From contig MU053365.1 in assembly GCA_013239625.1 (NCBI GenBank), positions 186,001 to 250,000 of the forward strand: a DNA stretch of 64,000 nt, in the 5' to 3' direction. The translations under genes were made by a program, and so were the position numbers. Under the pieces are notes generated by a model that was given only the letters and a program-made list of their open reading frames with translations, was not told the DNA's origin and ran no database searches. Source of the DNA: Lama guanicoe (taxonomy: Eukaryota). Of this stretch, positions 1 to 13,199 are shown piece by piece; position 1 is the first letter of the stretch; each line of letters starts with the position of its first letter.

Positions 1-2380
1 CTTACTTGTTTTCTTATTGTTGAGTTTCTTCATATGTTCTCAGTAGAAGTCCTTTATCAGGTATGTGATTTGAAAAATATTTTCCCCAGTCTTTAGATTG
101 TCTTTTCATTTTCTTACAGTGTCTTTTGCATAGCAAAATTTTTCATTTTTGATGAAGTCCAATTTATGAATTTTTCCTTTTATGGTGTCATGCCCAAGAA
201 CTCACTACCTAACTTCAGGTTACAGAAAAATTTTCCCCGTGTTTTCTTCTAAATATTTTATAGTGTTATGTTTTACATTTAGATTGATGCTCCCTCCACT
301 TAATCTTTTAAATAATGTGTGAGGCTAACGAGAGTGAGATTTTTAGACTTTATGGAGATGGGTGGGGGCGAGTTGTTGGTTTTGTTTTGCTTCCCTATAC
401 ATGTCCAAATTTCCAATACCATTTGTTGAAATGACTATCTTTCCTCTGTCAAAAATCAATTGGACATATTTGTGAGGGTCATTTTCTGGACTCTCTGCAG
501 GCCCATTGATCCCTGTGTCTATCCCTCTGCCAATACCACACTGTCTTGATTACTGTAGCTATAGAGTAAGTTGTAAAATTGGGTTAGTGTGAGTCTTCCA
601 GCTTTATCCTTTCAAAATTGTTCTGGCTATTCTAGTTCCTTTTCCTTTTCACATATATTCTAGAATCAGCTTGTCTATATGTACAAAAATTCTGCTGAGA
701 TTTTTATTGGAATTGCATTAAATCTGGAAAATAATTTTGGGAGAATTGACGTTGTTAGTGTGCTGAGTCTTTCTGTCCACAAACAATTTGTTTCTCTGTC
801 TATTTAGGTTGTCTTTTATTTTTTCCTATTGGTGTTTTATAATTTTCAGCATATAATCCTATACATGCTTTATCAGATTTATAACTAAGTGTTTCATTTT
901 TAGCTATTATAAATGGCGTATTTTAAAATCTTTTGTTCCTAAATATTCATTGCTAGTATGTAGAAATATGGTGGATTTTTGTGTGTTGACCTTGCATCCT
1001 GTGCCTTTGATGAGCTCACAAGTTCTGCGAGGCTTTTTGGTACGTTCCTCAGGATTTTCTAAACAAGCGATCATGTCTTCTGCAAATAGTGACAATTTTA
1101 ATCTTTCTTTTTCAGTCTGCATGTACTTTTAGTTCCTTTTCTTTCTTTATTGCACTAAAGCTTTCAGTATGATGTTGGCTAGGAGGAGTGAAAGCAGACA
1201 TTCTTGCCTTATTCCCATTCTTAAGGGGAAAGAGTTCAGTCTGTCACAACTGTGTGATGTTAACTCTAAGTATTTTTGTATATGCCCTTTATCAGTTGGG
1301 GAAGTTTTTATCACAAATGTATATTGGAGTTTGTCAAAAGGTTCCTTTGCACGTATTAAAAGGACTGTGTGTTTTTTTCTTCTTTAAGCTGTTAATATTG
1401 TGATTATATCCAGTGATTATTGAATATTGAACCAAGCTTGCAATTCCAGGATAAATCCCACTTGGTTGCAATATTATCATTTTTACATATTGCTGAATTT
1501 GATTTGCTAATATTTTGTCAAGAAACTGTGCAATTATGAAGAATATTGGTCTTTTCTTTTCTTGTAAATTACTTTATCTGATTTTATTATTATGGTAATG
1601 ATAGCTTCATAAAATGAGTTGGGAAGCATTCCCATCTCTTCTAATTTTGGGAAGAGATTATATAAAATGGATTTTGTTCTTCTATAAATATTTGGTAGAA
1701 TTCACTAATAAATTCATCTAGGAGTACTGATTTCTTTGGGGGAAGTTTTTAAATTACAGATTCAATTTCTTTCATAGATACAGAGATATTTTGATGACAT
1801 ATTTCATATTTGATGAGTTTTGGTAGATTGTGTTTTTCAAGGAATTGGTCCCTCTCATCTAAGTTGTTGAATATATGTACATAGAGTTGTTCATTCAATT
1901 CCCTTATTGTGCTTTTATTGTTTATAGGTCTGTAAAGACAGCCACCATTTTATTCCTGATATTGATAATATGTCTTTTCGCTTTCATTGTATGTCTTATT
2001 GGGTGTTAATTTTACCGATCTTTTCAATAAACTTTGGGTTTTATTGACCTTCTGTATTGTTAATTTCCAACTTCATTGATTTCTGTTCTTTACTATTTCC
2101 TTTCTTTTGTTTGATTTTTTTTATTATCTTTAGGTGGAAGCTTAGATTACTGATTTGAGACTTTTCTTCTTTTCTATAGGAAGTGGTTAGTGCTATAAAT
2201 TTTCCTCTATGCACTCTTTTAGCCACATCCCACAGATTTTGATGTTATATTTTCATTCAGTTAAACATATGTTGTTACTCTCCTGAAACTTCTTTGACCC
2301 ATATATTATTTAAAACTGTTATTTTCAAAAGTTTGAGGATTTTCCAGACATCTTTGTTATTAATCTCTCATTTAGTTCCC
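1..2380 (-). mobile_element. Old L1 (L1M-type) ORF2 remnant, runs off the window start
   Basis: Minus-strand ORF fragments match L1 ORF2: KLSLFAEDMIACLENP (RT 'FADD' region, 907-1122) and RGKFIAL...KEEKSQISNL (2041-2226); T-rich plus strand; multiple frameshifts. Confidence 0.9.
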
Positions 2381-2549
2381 CATCCCTTAGAACCAAAGCT
2401 CTTCTGAGAGGAGAAGAAGGTTCATACCCCTCTCAGGGTTTTAGGCACCTTTGGGCCCTGCTCCAGTGATTGTAATTTGCCATTTGGATTCAAAGACAAC
2501 ACATAAATTGTTGGGTTGGGATTTGAAACCAGTCGTTTATGATTCCAGA

Positions 2550-3380
2550 ACTTGAAATCATCCTTGACTCCTTTTGTTTTAATGTACCTCATAGCCAGTC
2601 AGCAAACCTGTGAGGTCTACTTTCAAGATATATCCAGAATCTGAACACTTTTCACCACCTTCATTGAGACCATTCTAGTCCAAGCTGCCATCATCTCTGG
2701 CTTGTCTTACTGTGGTGGCCTCCTGACTGGACTCCCTGCTTCCATTCTTACCGAAGTCCCCTTCAGACTAGTCTCAGTAGAGCAGGCAGAGTGAAATTTT
2801 TAAGACACATCATGTTTCTTCTATCATTGAAACTTTCCACTAGCTCTCAATCCCATTCGGACTTAAAGTTCAAGTCTTTACAAGGATCTGTAAGGCCGTC
2901 TGTGCTCTGGTCTCTTGTTGTCTATCTGACTTCATCTGCTCCCTCTCTCCTCACTCCCTCCTCTTTAGCTGGCCTCTGCTGTTCCTCAAAGGAGCTGTCC
3001 TTGTCCCTGCCTTGGGGCCTTAGTAAGTGCTATTTACTCTAACTAAAATGCTCCTTCTTCAGATTTCTCCTCCCCTCCTTCATAGTCTTACTCAAATGTC
3101 ACTTCCCTGGCCATCCTATTGAAAATGATAACCTACCCCTGTCCCAAACTTACTTTCCTTCTCTGCATTACCCTTCCCAGTAGGACTTTTCACCAATTAA
3201 CATACTCTGTAATGACTTATTTGCTACATTTATTGTCTGCCCAAATCCTCACTGGAAAATAAGCTCCCATGAGGACAAGGATCATTTTGATCCTCACTCT
3301 ATTCCTAGTGTCTATCAAAATGCCTGACATTTAATAGATGCTTGAAAAATATTTGTTGAATAATTAATGAATGAATGAAT
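2550..3380 (+). mobile_element. L2 LINE 3' remnant
   Basis: L2-like body (tagtccaagctgccatcatctc) ending in the typical 3' terminus atatttgttgaataattaatgaatgaatgaat. Confidence 0.75.
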
Positions 3381-3429
3381 TCTTTTTACTACTCCTTGAT
3401 GCCTCCGCAAAAAAAAAAAAGTCACTAAT

Positions 3430-3830
3430 AAAAGTGACTATTTATTGACGGTCTGCCACTCAGGTGCCATACGAGCTTTATCTCATTTAATCATCCAAAT
3501 ACCCGTGTAAGATAGGCTGTACTACCTGCATTTTGCAGAGGAAGAAGACTGCTGTTAGCGAGGAGACAAGGTGAGAAGGAGGGTAATCTCAGCCGCCAGT
3601 TTTTGAACAGGTGCTACTGAGTAACAGCGCTTATACCATAAGCTTACCACGCCACCTAATTTAATCCTCCTAAAACTATCAAATAGGTGTCATTATTATC
3701 CTCGTTTTGCCAATGAGATCACTGAACTATATTGGTTTTGAATGACTTGCCAAGGTGGCACAACTGCTTAAAAGTGGCTTTGGGGTTCAAACCTGGGCAA
3801 TGGGCTTCAGGGCCCAGGCTCTTCTCCTCT
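3430..3830 (-). mobile_element. Two MIR SINE fragments
   Basis: MIR core-like strings tctcatttaatc...cattttgcagaggaagaagact and tgacttgccaaggtggcacaactg...gggttcaaacc. Confidence 0.65.
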
Positions 3831-3864
3831 ATGCCCTAGTGTGGTCTCAAGAAATGGGAACCAA

Positions 3865-4150
3865 AGGTAACGACTCCTGGGTTTCTGACTTGAGCAGCTG
3901 GGGTGATGTTGCTGCCATCTACTGAGGTGGACAAGGCTGGGGGAGGAGTAGATTTGGAGAAAGAAGAAAATCAAGTTCAGTTTTGCCCATGCAGACATTT
4001 GTTCATGAGATGTTTATGATGATGTTTATGAGCCATCCAAAGGGAGAGAGAAAGAGATAAAGAGAGACAAAGATTATACAAGTCTGCAGCTCGGAGAAGA
4101 GGTCTAGGCTGGAGCTATCAATTTGGAAACCATATGCATACAGAGGGATG
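3865..4150 (-). mobile_element. L2 fragment
   Basis: gtttctgacttgagcagctgg...aagttcagttttg...ggtctaggctggag, typical of antisense L2. Confidence 0.65.
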
Positions 4151-6124
4151 TGATCACGGCCCCTTGTGTGTCTGTGGTATGCACAGATGTGTTGTAACTA
4201 TAGCTGCCTGGGGAAAGAGAGAATCCATCCCAAATGTATGAATGAAGCTGCCCTTCGGATGAGCACAGGCCCAGCCTGGCTACGTCCCCACTGAGTTGGG
4301 CCTGGATCCTCTTTTTGTCAACAATGAAGAGCATCTCCCCTTCTCTCCGGCCACCTCTCAGGACCTCTAGTTTGAATTATCTGTATTATAGTTCCTGTCA
4401 AAAACCCAGCGGAAGCCATTGATATTCCAGAGTGCCAGTTTTAGGGAATTCCTCCAGATTTTCAAAACTTTATCCCTATATCATACCAAAGCTCCAGGAA
4501 GCTACAGACCTGGTCTCTATCACTCTGTTTCCCAGTGGAATTGCCTTCACAGAATGATAGCTTAACACTATACGTTTGGATTTTCCTGAGGGGCCACATA
4601 ATAGACACCATATGTGGAATATCAGTGTATTTCTTGGGTAAAATTCCTGTTAAATATACCATCCATTATATGGTGCAAGTTCCCTGAAGCAAAGACCTAG
4701 GCAACAAACTTTTCTTAGAGCTCTGAAATAAGAAACAGGTTGTCTTTCTTGACAGACTAGTCTACTTGCTTTTGTTAGCAGCTGAGGATCCTCTCGGCCA
4801 TCATCTGTCCACCTTTGCCTTATCTTCCAGGAACCTCAGAGTCAGATTGTTGCTCATTCTAAACAGCTTCTCTTCATCTAGGTCAGGAGTCACAAAGTGG
4901 GGTCCAAATGTTGCCTATAGCTGAATTACATTCAGCTAGCTTTGTATGTAAAATCATCACATGGCTTTGCGGATGAATGTATATCTATGTAGAATATATA
5001 GAGATTTAAGACATCTCTCATTTGTCTCAAATCTGTCCTGATTCGCACATGTATGCTACCTGCCTGGTCCCTGTAGAGTCTGCAACCTCTGACCCAGATC
5101 GTCCCATACAGTCATTTTTCCTCCCCGCAATCCCTTTCTGTGACTCGGCCCTTCTAGTTTTTACTCTTGTTTAAGCAATTTTGGTTTCATTGTATTACCA
5201 CTAAAATGTTGTATTTAGGCTGCCTAAAATCCTTCTGGAGAAGTAGGTGGGATATAAAGCTATAAAAACATTGCTTATACCTCCACATGCGTTTATATTT
5301 CCAAGGCTGATTATTTAAGAGCATTGGCTTCCATCACATTACCAAATGAAATTGTGTCGGAATTCACCTCAAGTTTCAGCCAACAAGCACTGTCAGAGCT
5401 CACAGAGTTCAGGCTGGCCAGGGACTAGACGGAGATGTCAGGGCTCAATTCCTTGGGAGGACGATAGGAAGGCGAGGTGGAGGTAGTTTAGAGGAATCGG
5501 CACTTTTCTTAAGGACCCCACTGAGAGCATAGGGGGTGAAGATTACGATTTATTAGCTGGACTAAGACCCTGTGCCTTCTGGAAAATGATCAGTTGGTGA
5601 CAATATTGATAGGTCCTATGTCACGGCGGGTGAGGCATCTTACTTTTCATCCCTGGATCTTTTGCAACTGTTTTCAGTGCTAAGCTGGGTATCCAGTTGG
5701 GACCATGTGTCCCTCTTTTCCTCTAAGGACATTTTTCTACCTTGTCTTAAAGGGCAAGAAAACAGGAGGCTGCTGTCAAATTAGTGGACTTTGTGAAGTG
5801 GGTAGTAAATAGCATGTGGATTAGGGGGCTAAAAGAAGGATTTAGAATGATTTGTGAGTCATTGATCTCTCCTCTTCCCAGTTACCGAGGATCAATCAGG
5901 GATTTATTTACAACATGTGTCCCACCCACTTCACACGTGCTTTTGAGGTGGCCGGGTCCAACAGCTCCGTGTTGGGAGGGTCATGACAGGCTGTGTGGTC
6001 TAACTCACCTCTGATGTCTGAATACCTGGCAGTTTTCCTCCAGCTTCAGTTTGAATGTCTCCAATGATAGAGAAGTCACTGCCTCACGAAGCGTGGGTTC
6101 TGCCATTACACATCTCTAAATGTT

Positions 6125-6501
6125 TTGTTGTTGTTGTTGTTGTTGTTGAAAATACCACTTTTTATAATATTTTATTTTAGTTCTATCATAAGAGAAAAAA
6201 ATCGCTCCACCTAGTCTCCTGCCACCGAACACATCGTTCACATTTTATTGTATTTCTTTTTTGTTTGTTTGTTTGTTTTAACATTTTTTATTGAGTTATA
6301 GTCATTTCACAGTGTTGTGTCAATTTCCAATGTGGAGCACAATTTTTCAGTTATACACATATTCATTGTCACATTCTTTTTCGCTGTGAGCTACCACAAG
6401 ATCTTGTATGTATTTCCCTGTGCTGTACAGTATAATCTCATTGATCTATTCTGCATATGCCTGTTGGTATCTACAAATTTCGAACTCCCAGTCTGGGATT
6501 T
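6125..6501 (-). mobile_element. Young camelid-type L1 3' end carrying a 3' transduction
   Basis: Perfect 16-bp TSD cacatctctaaatgtt at 6109-6124 and 6502-6517; L1 3'UTR ~6280-6494 closely similar to the copy at 40159-40707; two tail-derived tracts (6125-6148 and 6257-6279). Confidence 0.85.
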
Positions 6502-8034
6502 CACATCTCTAAATGTTGAGTGTTTCTTCTGTCAAACTGAGATCTATGTGATCTAATAGAAAGAGTATTGTTGGCTATGGTAGAGGACAGAATGGAAGTC
6601 AAGATTCAGTCTCCTCTCACTTGACTTGGCAAGTCCCTTTATCTCTCCAAGCCTCAGTTTTACCGATTTTAATAATCCCTTTTCCTTGTGATGTCCCCGC
6701 TACAATAACTGAACACACTGACGGTGCCCATCTGGAACCATTGCCTCACTGGCCAAAACCGGGACGATCCTTAAAGGCTTCCCCCTGCTGTAAGTTCAGA
6801 GCCTTCATTTCTCTGACTGACCCTCTCTGTACTTGCTCTACTTTGGTGGAGCCACCCTAAAAGCATGGCGCCCAGCCAGGGTCCCCATGTATCATGCAGA
6901 AAAGCCTGCCCACTAGCCAGTGTCCCTTAGCTGCAGCCCCATCTCTGGCTTATGAGACAAGCCCTCTAACAGAGCCCCTATCACCTTGTTGAAAAGCTCT
7001 TCAGTCATATTATGGCCTGATAGCAAAGAAGATGGCCTGGATCCTCAAGGGACAGACCACTTGCCAGCCTATCTTTAATTTTAATACTTCAATTATCCTC
7101 TAGTGCCTCTTTATGGTCGCCATCACTTTCTGCTAATTTCTTGATTATTCTGCCCAGGCAGTAGTAGAGCCAATCTGCTTCCGAGTTCCCAATTTTCATA
7201 CCCTTCAACTGTAATTAGCCTTGATCAGATTCCAGATACTTCTCATCAGAATCCAGTCTTTAAATTGCAAACCTATTGGAAATGAGGGGCCATGCTTCTA
7301 AGCAGCCCAGACTTGGAGGCCCCGTGGAAATGGACTGTTTGCCAGTGGAAACCTGACTGATTTTGTGCCAGTCATGACTTAAAAAGGACATGAGGCTCGT
7401 GGAAAAATCTGAGACTAGGGGCTGGGCCGTTTTCCTCTGTCCTTGGCTGGTTGGGTAACCTTGGGGAAAAAAACTGCTCCTTCTATGCAAGGGAAGGTAG
7501 CACCTGCCTTACCTGCCTTAAGATTTTCTATGAAGGCAAAAATGAATTCATTGATGAAGAAATGCTTTGAAGAGCACAAGTTCTCTATTTATGCCAGGCT
7601 TGCATTACCATTAATCATCACCATCCTAGCACTTGATGGGCTGGCTGTGTGACGAGAATCTTTGTGCATGTATATGGGCCACTAACCACGAGGCTGGGAC
7701 TTCAGCTGGCCTGGATCTACCAGTGTTGCTGTGAGTCTAAGGGTCCCAGGCATGGACGCCTTGGCAAGAGCTCACTCACTCAGCCTTCACCTTGCCAAGC
7801 CTGTCTCAGCAGTGTGTTTGCAATCTAATCCTTCCTATATGTGCTGCTGTTAACCTGCCGCTGGCCCTTCCCAGGGCACAGCCCCTCCTACTGTATCCAG
7901 AGCCTGGGATCCAGGGACCCCTCTCCCCCTGCTGGGACCCCATTTCTCTGTCTGCTCCAACAGCGGGCAGCACCTTCTCTCTGGTTTCCTCATGTCCTGG
8001 CTCATCCTGCATCTGACACATGTCTCCAGTTTTG

Positions 8035-8265
8035 TGACCCCCACAGGCACACCCAGAAATAATGCTTAATCAGATATCTGGGTGCCCTATGGCCTAGTTA
8101 AGTTGACAGTTAAAAATTAGCCATCACAAGTCCACCCCTTGCCAACTCAGCACCCAGACACATCTTGGTAAACTGCACTTGATCTCCAAATGAAGAGAAC
8201 AGTGAGGTCCTAATTGTGTCTTACATGTCACGGTGATCCTGGTTCCCACTGGAAATGTGATGCGT
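8035..8265 (-). mobile_element. ERVL remnant: internal 3' end, polypurine tract and start of an MLT2-type 3' LTR
   Basis: Minus strand reads ...aaggggtggact|tgtgatggctaatttttaactgtcaactt..., i.e. PPT (8129-8140) abutting the MLT2 5' end (8128). Confidence 0.75.
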
Positions 8266-9616
8266 TTCCTAGTGCAGAGTCTGGTTCGGGGCAGATTATG
8301 GACCTGGGATGTCCATGCCTTGACTGAAGGACTGAGACTCACGTCACGTTGCCGTGGCAGAGCCTTGAGCTTGCAGAGCCGGTAAGCCAGGTCTGCAGTG
8401 CCAGTGCCTTTGCTGCAATCCAGAGATTTGTAAACCCCAGAGGAGTTTTCAGACCCCCAGGTAATTGTGAGCATTCTTGGATACTGAAAAGGAATGCACG
8501 TTACTTATTCTTCCCCGGAATCCATTATTTATGCAAAGTGCAATTCTTGGTGCAGCAGAGGGAATGTTACCATACAATGAGATTTTTCTGTGGCCCTTTC
8601 ATGGCTGGCAACAGAGAAAATTTCTCCTTGAGCCCAGATTTAAACTCAAACTTAATTCACACATTATTGAAAACATTACAAAGCATAAATCAGTTCAGTT
8701 TTTAAAGTTCCTGTCCGATATTTTGAGAGCAGCCAAATTCCCCTGCTTGTCTGGACTCTTTCCCGCCACCTGCCCCAGCTCGTGGCAAGCTAAATAACTG
8801 TGGAGAAAAAGCAGGTTTTCAGCTGCAGCTCAGATTACTCTGTCACCCTTCCTGCGTGGCAGACAGATCCCTGCTGACATGGAGAATGAAGACAAGAAAA
8901 TTACTTCATTATAATGTGTCCTGATCAATTACAAACATCTAGGAGTTGGGTCTGTCCATCTGCTGCTCTGATCTGGCCCCGAACGTAGCTCTGGGTTATG
9001 AAAACAAGGATTGTGTTGCCTTAGCCCCCAGGAATTAGCCAGCGAGAGGTTTTCAAATCCCCAGTCAGGGTTGTTCTTCTGCAGTGTGTTCCCGTTGGAG
9101 TCCAGTGTTCAAGCTGGACAGCCTTTAGAAATGGAGTTTAGCCCTTCCTTACCAAAGTCCGGGGCGGGGGGGCAAGTGGCTTGCTCAAAGTCACAGCATA
9201 TGTTGAGAGTGAAGTCAAGTCCAGATCCCAAAGAACATGTCAGGTCTCAAACATCGTAGCCCCAAGTGATGGCAGTGATACTTAGTGTTACCAGTAAAGG
9301 TTTCCCTTCACTCCCTTCCAGAATCCGGGTCACGAGAGCCCGTAGAGCTCGCCTCTTTGATAATGGCTCATAGCTCTTTGGGCAGAGGAGCCTGGCTTCC
9401 TGGGGGGTCCAGGTTTATGCCAGCTGTCCTTAGGTCATTCTTCATGACATGAAGTGCCTTCTAGCACTTTATGTTTGTTTGCTCACTTAATTTTCATACC
9501 AACCATTATCTTCATCAACACTTAGAGAGATGAAATAATTTACCATAAGTCACATGGCTACTGGGTGACATAGGCTGGATTAGGAACAGGCAGTCTGGTT
9601 TCAGAGCCCACTTTTT

Positions 9617-10034
9617 CTCTTTCTTTTTCTCTTTTTTTTTTTTAAATTTAAGTATAGTTGATTTACAATGGTGTGGTAGTTTCTGGTGTACAGCATAGTG
9701 ATTCAGTTTTACATATATATATATATTCTTTTTCATTATAGGTTATTAGAAGATATTGACTATAGTTCCCTGTGCTGTACAGTAGGACCTTGTTGTTTAT
9801 CTATTTTATATACAGTAGTATGTATCTGTTAACCACAAACTCCTAATTTATTACTTCTGCCCCCCTTTCCCCTTTGGTAACCATAAGTTTATTTTTTATG
9901 TCTATGAGTCTATTTCTGTTTTGTAGTAAGTTCATTTATATCATTTTTTTAAGATTCCGCATATAAGTGACATCATGTGATTCTTATCTTTCTCTGATTC
10001 ATTTCACTTAGTATTGCGATCTCTAGGTCCATCC
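9617..10034 (-). mobile_element. Cetartiodactyl-type L1 3' end inserted into a MIR (MIR ~9460-9610)
   Basis: TSD cagagccc(a/g)c(t/c)tttt at 9602-9616 and 10035-10049; poly-T tail; 3'UTR shared with copies at 17.3, 18.8 and 24.1 kb. Confidence 0.85.
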
Positions 10035-10052
10035 CAGAGCCCGCCTTTTGAA

Positions 10053-10352
10053 CATGTCCACCATCCCTTACTTAGGGGCCAGGTGTGGTTCAGAGATGTA
10101 AACACTTCAAATTTTAGAAAGATAATACATTGCACTGTATTGTGTGTTACATAATACTAGGGCAGCATCCAATAGTCAAACAAATTATGTTTCTGCAGTG
10201 AAATATATGAATATTCACTTATGTAGGATAAATAGAGATTAGAAGTCCCCCCTGCCTCAATTTCAAGTCAGGTCTTGCCACAGTGAAGGAGAAGTGTTCT
10301 GTGCGTGGATCTATTTGAAATTGAACAATGCAGACAGGCCACTGAGGACTTG
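10053..10352. mobile_element. MER46C-like non-autonomous Tigger (TcMar) DNA transposon
   Basis: Left end catgtccaccatccctta and internal ttttagaaagataatac...tttctgcagtgaaatatatgaatattcac resemble the recalled consensus; right end degenerate. Confidence 0.55.
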
Positions 10353-10407
10353 GACTGCTGTTCTCAGCACAGCTCTCATGTTACTCCTCTCCCATCTGTC
10401 CCTACAG

Positions 10408-10504
10408 CTGGCTGCTCGAGTCACGGCCACCATCACTACTCACCTGAGTGTTGCAATAGCCTGTCCTTGGACAATGAAGCTGACGATGAGGGAACTTCCA
10501 GAAG
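10408..10504 (+). other. Candidate internal exon (97 nt) of an unidentified plus-strand transcript
   Basis: Pyrimidine tract ttactcctctcccatctgtccctacag| and strong donor AAG|gtaaga; non-repetitive; two reading frames open across it. Confidence 0.5.
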
Positions 10505-11184
10505 GTAAGAGTCTTGCTGGCATGACAGGGGGCTTTCTGGCCTTTGACTATGTTGAGTCGGTCCCTCATAGCCGGGTTTTCCCAGGTGCTATGCTTTTCC
10601 TTTAGAGACTCATCCTTCCTGTATTCCAGAGTGTCAGTTGCCAAGCATCTGTTTTGTCACTGGACAAAAAGATGATCAACTTAGCCACTATCTGATTCGG
10701 TTTGCACTTGAGCCATTGAATTGCATTCACCTGATTCAAGTGAAATGGGGCTGTACCACAAGTAGCTACAGGGCAAAGGCAGCTGGGTCATATTCATCTG
10801 GCTTGGTGACTCATCAAAGACATTAAAAGCCTCTGGCTCTGTGCGAGAGAAACATTTGCAGAACGCAGCACTTGTGATCTGAGAGGGTTGTACGCCTCTC
10901 TGAATTGAACAGCATGGTGGTGTCTTCCTTGATGCCACCATCTTTGGCCTACTGAAGTTGTAAGTGTGATTCCTTTTGCTGACAGTGTGCGTGGCATTGG
11001 TACAAATGATTGTTCACATGTGGACAGCACTGTCCAGAGCATGAAGACTGTCCCTTCATGGCTACATGTAATTTTCACACCAGCCCTGAGATGGACACAG
11101 GCCCGGGCAACCTCACCGCAGCCTGGCTGGACACCTCTGTGGCGTGCTCTGTATTACTCCTAGAACAACAAAAAATTAAAGTGT

Positions 11185-11324
11185 TGGAGGTATAGTGGTA
11201 GAGCACATGCTTAGCATGCACAAGGTCATGGGTTCGATCCCCAGTATCTCCATTAAACAGAAAATAATAATGGTAAATAAATAAATAAACCTAATTACCC
11301 CCCGGAAAAAAAACCCAAACAAAC
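11185..11324 (+). mobile_element. Vic-1-like tRNA-derived SINE (camelid)
   Basis: tRNA-like head with perfect B box ggttcgatcc (11231-11240), shortened A box, (aaat)n-cctaattacc tail; 14-bp TSD aaaaattaaagtgt at 11171-11184 and 11325-11338. Confidence 0.85.
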
Positions 11325-12319
11325 AAAAATTAAAGTGTCATAGCTAAATTCTTATATTCTTCAGTGATTACACTAGTGGTTTGTTACTTACATTATTTCC
11401 TAAAGAAGATCTACTCAGTTGGGGAAATTCAATGTGTGGTTGAACAATGGTTATATGTTTTAATGGTAGATGAAATGATGTGGATATTCAGAGATTACAG
11501 ATAGCTCAAAAATATTATTAGAGAGACGACAAAAAAATTTGTAAACTGATGAAGTAGATATGTGTGCAAAAAATGCTTCTATTTTACACAAACCAGAGTG
11601 AAAACAAATGAAAAGCTAAATACAAAGGAGACAACTGCAAAGCACAGAGCATCCCTGAGCAGGCTACACAGAAAGACATAGAAATCTACGACGAGGAAAT
11701 GGGCACAGAAAGGCGACTCAACAGGTGAAGCAGATATACTGTAAACGCATTGCAACAGGCAAAGCAGTTTTATACACTCAAAAATAGAGTGTAGTTTATG
11801 GTATCTCAATTATACTCCATTTACAACACATGAAAAGAAAATTATAGCAATGTAACGATGGTCATCCAAAGAGACTCTCCATGGACATTTGGGTAGAAGG
11901 GGACCATTCGAGTAGGAGCAGTTAACACATGACACTCCAGCCTTCAAGGCAGCCCAAGGAATCCTTGTACGTGAGCCAGCCACCACTCATAAATGACATC
12001 CTCTGCAACCCGTGGCATTTTTAGCTCTCAGGTCATTTTTTTCTGAGGACGTAGTCATTCAAGGCTGAAATCGTTATTTTTACAAAGTTCACATCCCAGG
12101 TCTTACATGTGTTTTCAACGGAATAATAGCCAAGCTGGCCTTCTGTTTTCCCCCTACCTAAGAAGTCCTGTGAGTGCTGAAGTGACGTCTTCAAAGTCAC
12201 AAGGCCAGCCCACCTAGCCCTTACACACACCCTTAATGTCCCCTCTAGCACCGGTCTCACGACTCCAACACCAGGACCATGTTATGCTTTTACCGTTGTC
12301 AACACGCTTACATTCCTGT

Positions 12320-12500
12320 TAATTCTGCTTTTAACAGAGTAATGGCCCTGTGAGGTATAAGACAGGCATTATTATTCCCGTGCTAGAGATTAGGAGATTG
12401 ACATTTGGAGGGGCAAAGGCACTTGCTCAACATCTGACCAGTCAATCTCTAATATGAGTACTAGACTAAAGCCCTTTGTACTCTGCCATGTTGCTTCGAT
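12320..12500 (-). mobile_element. MIR fragment
   Basis: ccctgtgaggtataagacaggcattattattccc...acttgctcaa. Confidence 0.55.
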
Positions 12501-13199
12501 CTGCAGTTTAGGACGTGATTCAGATCAGGACTAGGACAGGCTGGTAGGGGCATAGGCCTACCACAGTGTCTTCTGGGCATCCTGTGGGTACACAATAACC
12601 ATTTTTCTTTTTTTTTTTTTCTGGGGAGGAGAGTTGAAATGCTTCAATGCTTGCTTGTTTAAGCCATTCATCTTTTATTTCACCAAGTAACAAACCAACC
12701 TAACAAGATAGTATCTTTCTTACCTTTAGGGTTAGGCATGTAACCGGAACATTTTTTTAAATAATGTTTTTCCAGATCACTTTGCAGTACTGTCAGCCCT
12801 TCGGAGTGTCTTCGCTGTCTCCTCAAGCAGACACCTCGAAATTTACCATTTATACCATCAAGCTGTCATTTGCTTTTGATGAAATGACTTGACTACAACA
12901 TTTTTTAAATAAAAAAAAATTGTTATACATTTGATTGAAATTGAAGAAATGGGTTCCTTTAGTGAGCAGAAATCTCTTACTGATGCACTCATTCATTTGT
13001 ACTCTTTACCTCAGGAGGTTCACTGGGGACCTCGAATTCCATGCGGATTTCCTCTACCTGTTAATGACTCGGTCTGGAAGTTTGAGCAGCTGAACCATAA
13101 CAGAAAATACCACAGTCCAACCAGGGAGAGGAACAGCTATTTCCAGCTTTCCTGGGAGCCTCTTGCCATGGCTCCCTCCTTGCTCTCTCTCTGAGCTTC

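Noticed and set aside
11185..11255. tRNA gene
   Set aside because: The tRNA-like head has a shortened A box, an AT-rich tail and a TSD, so it is a SINE
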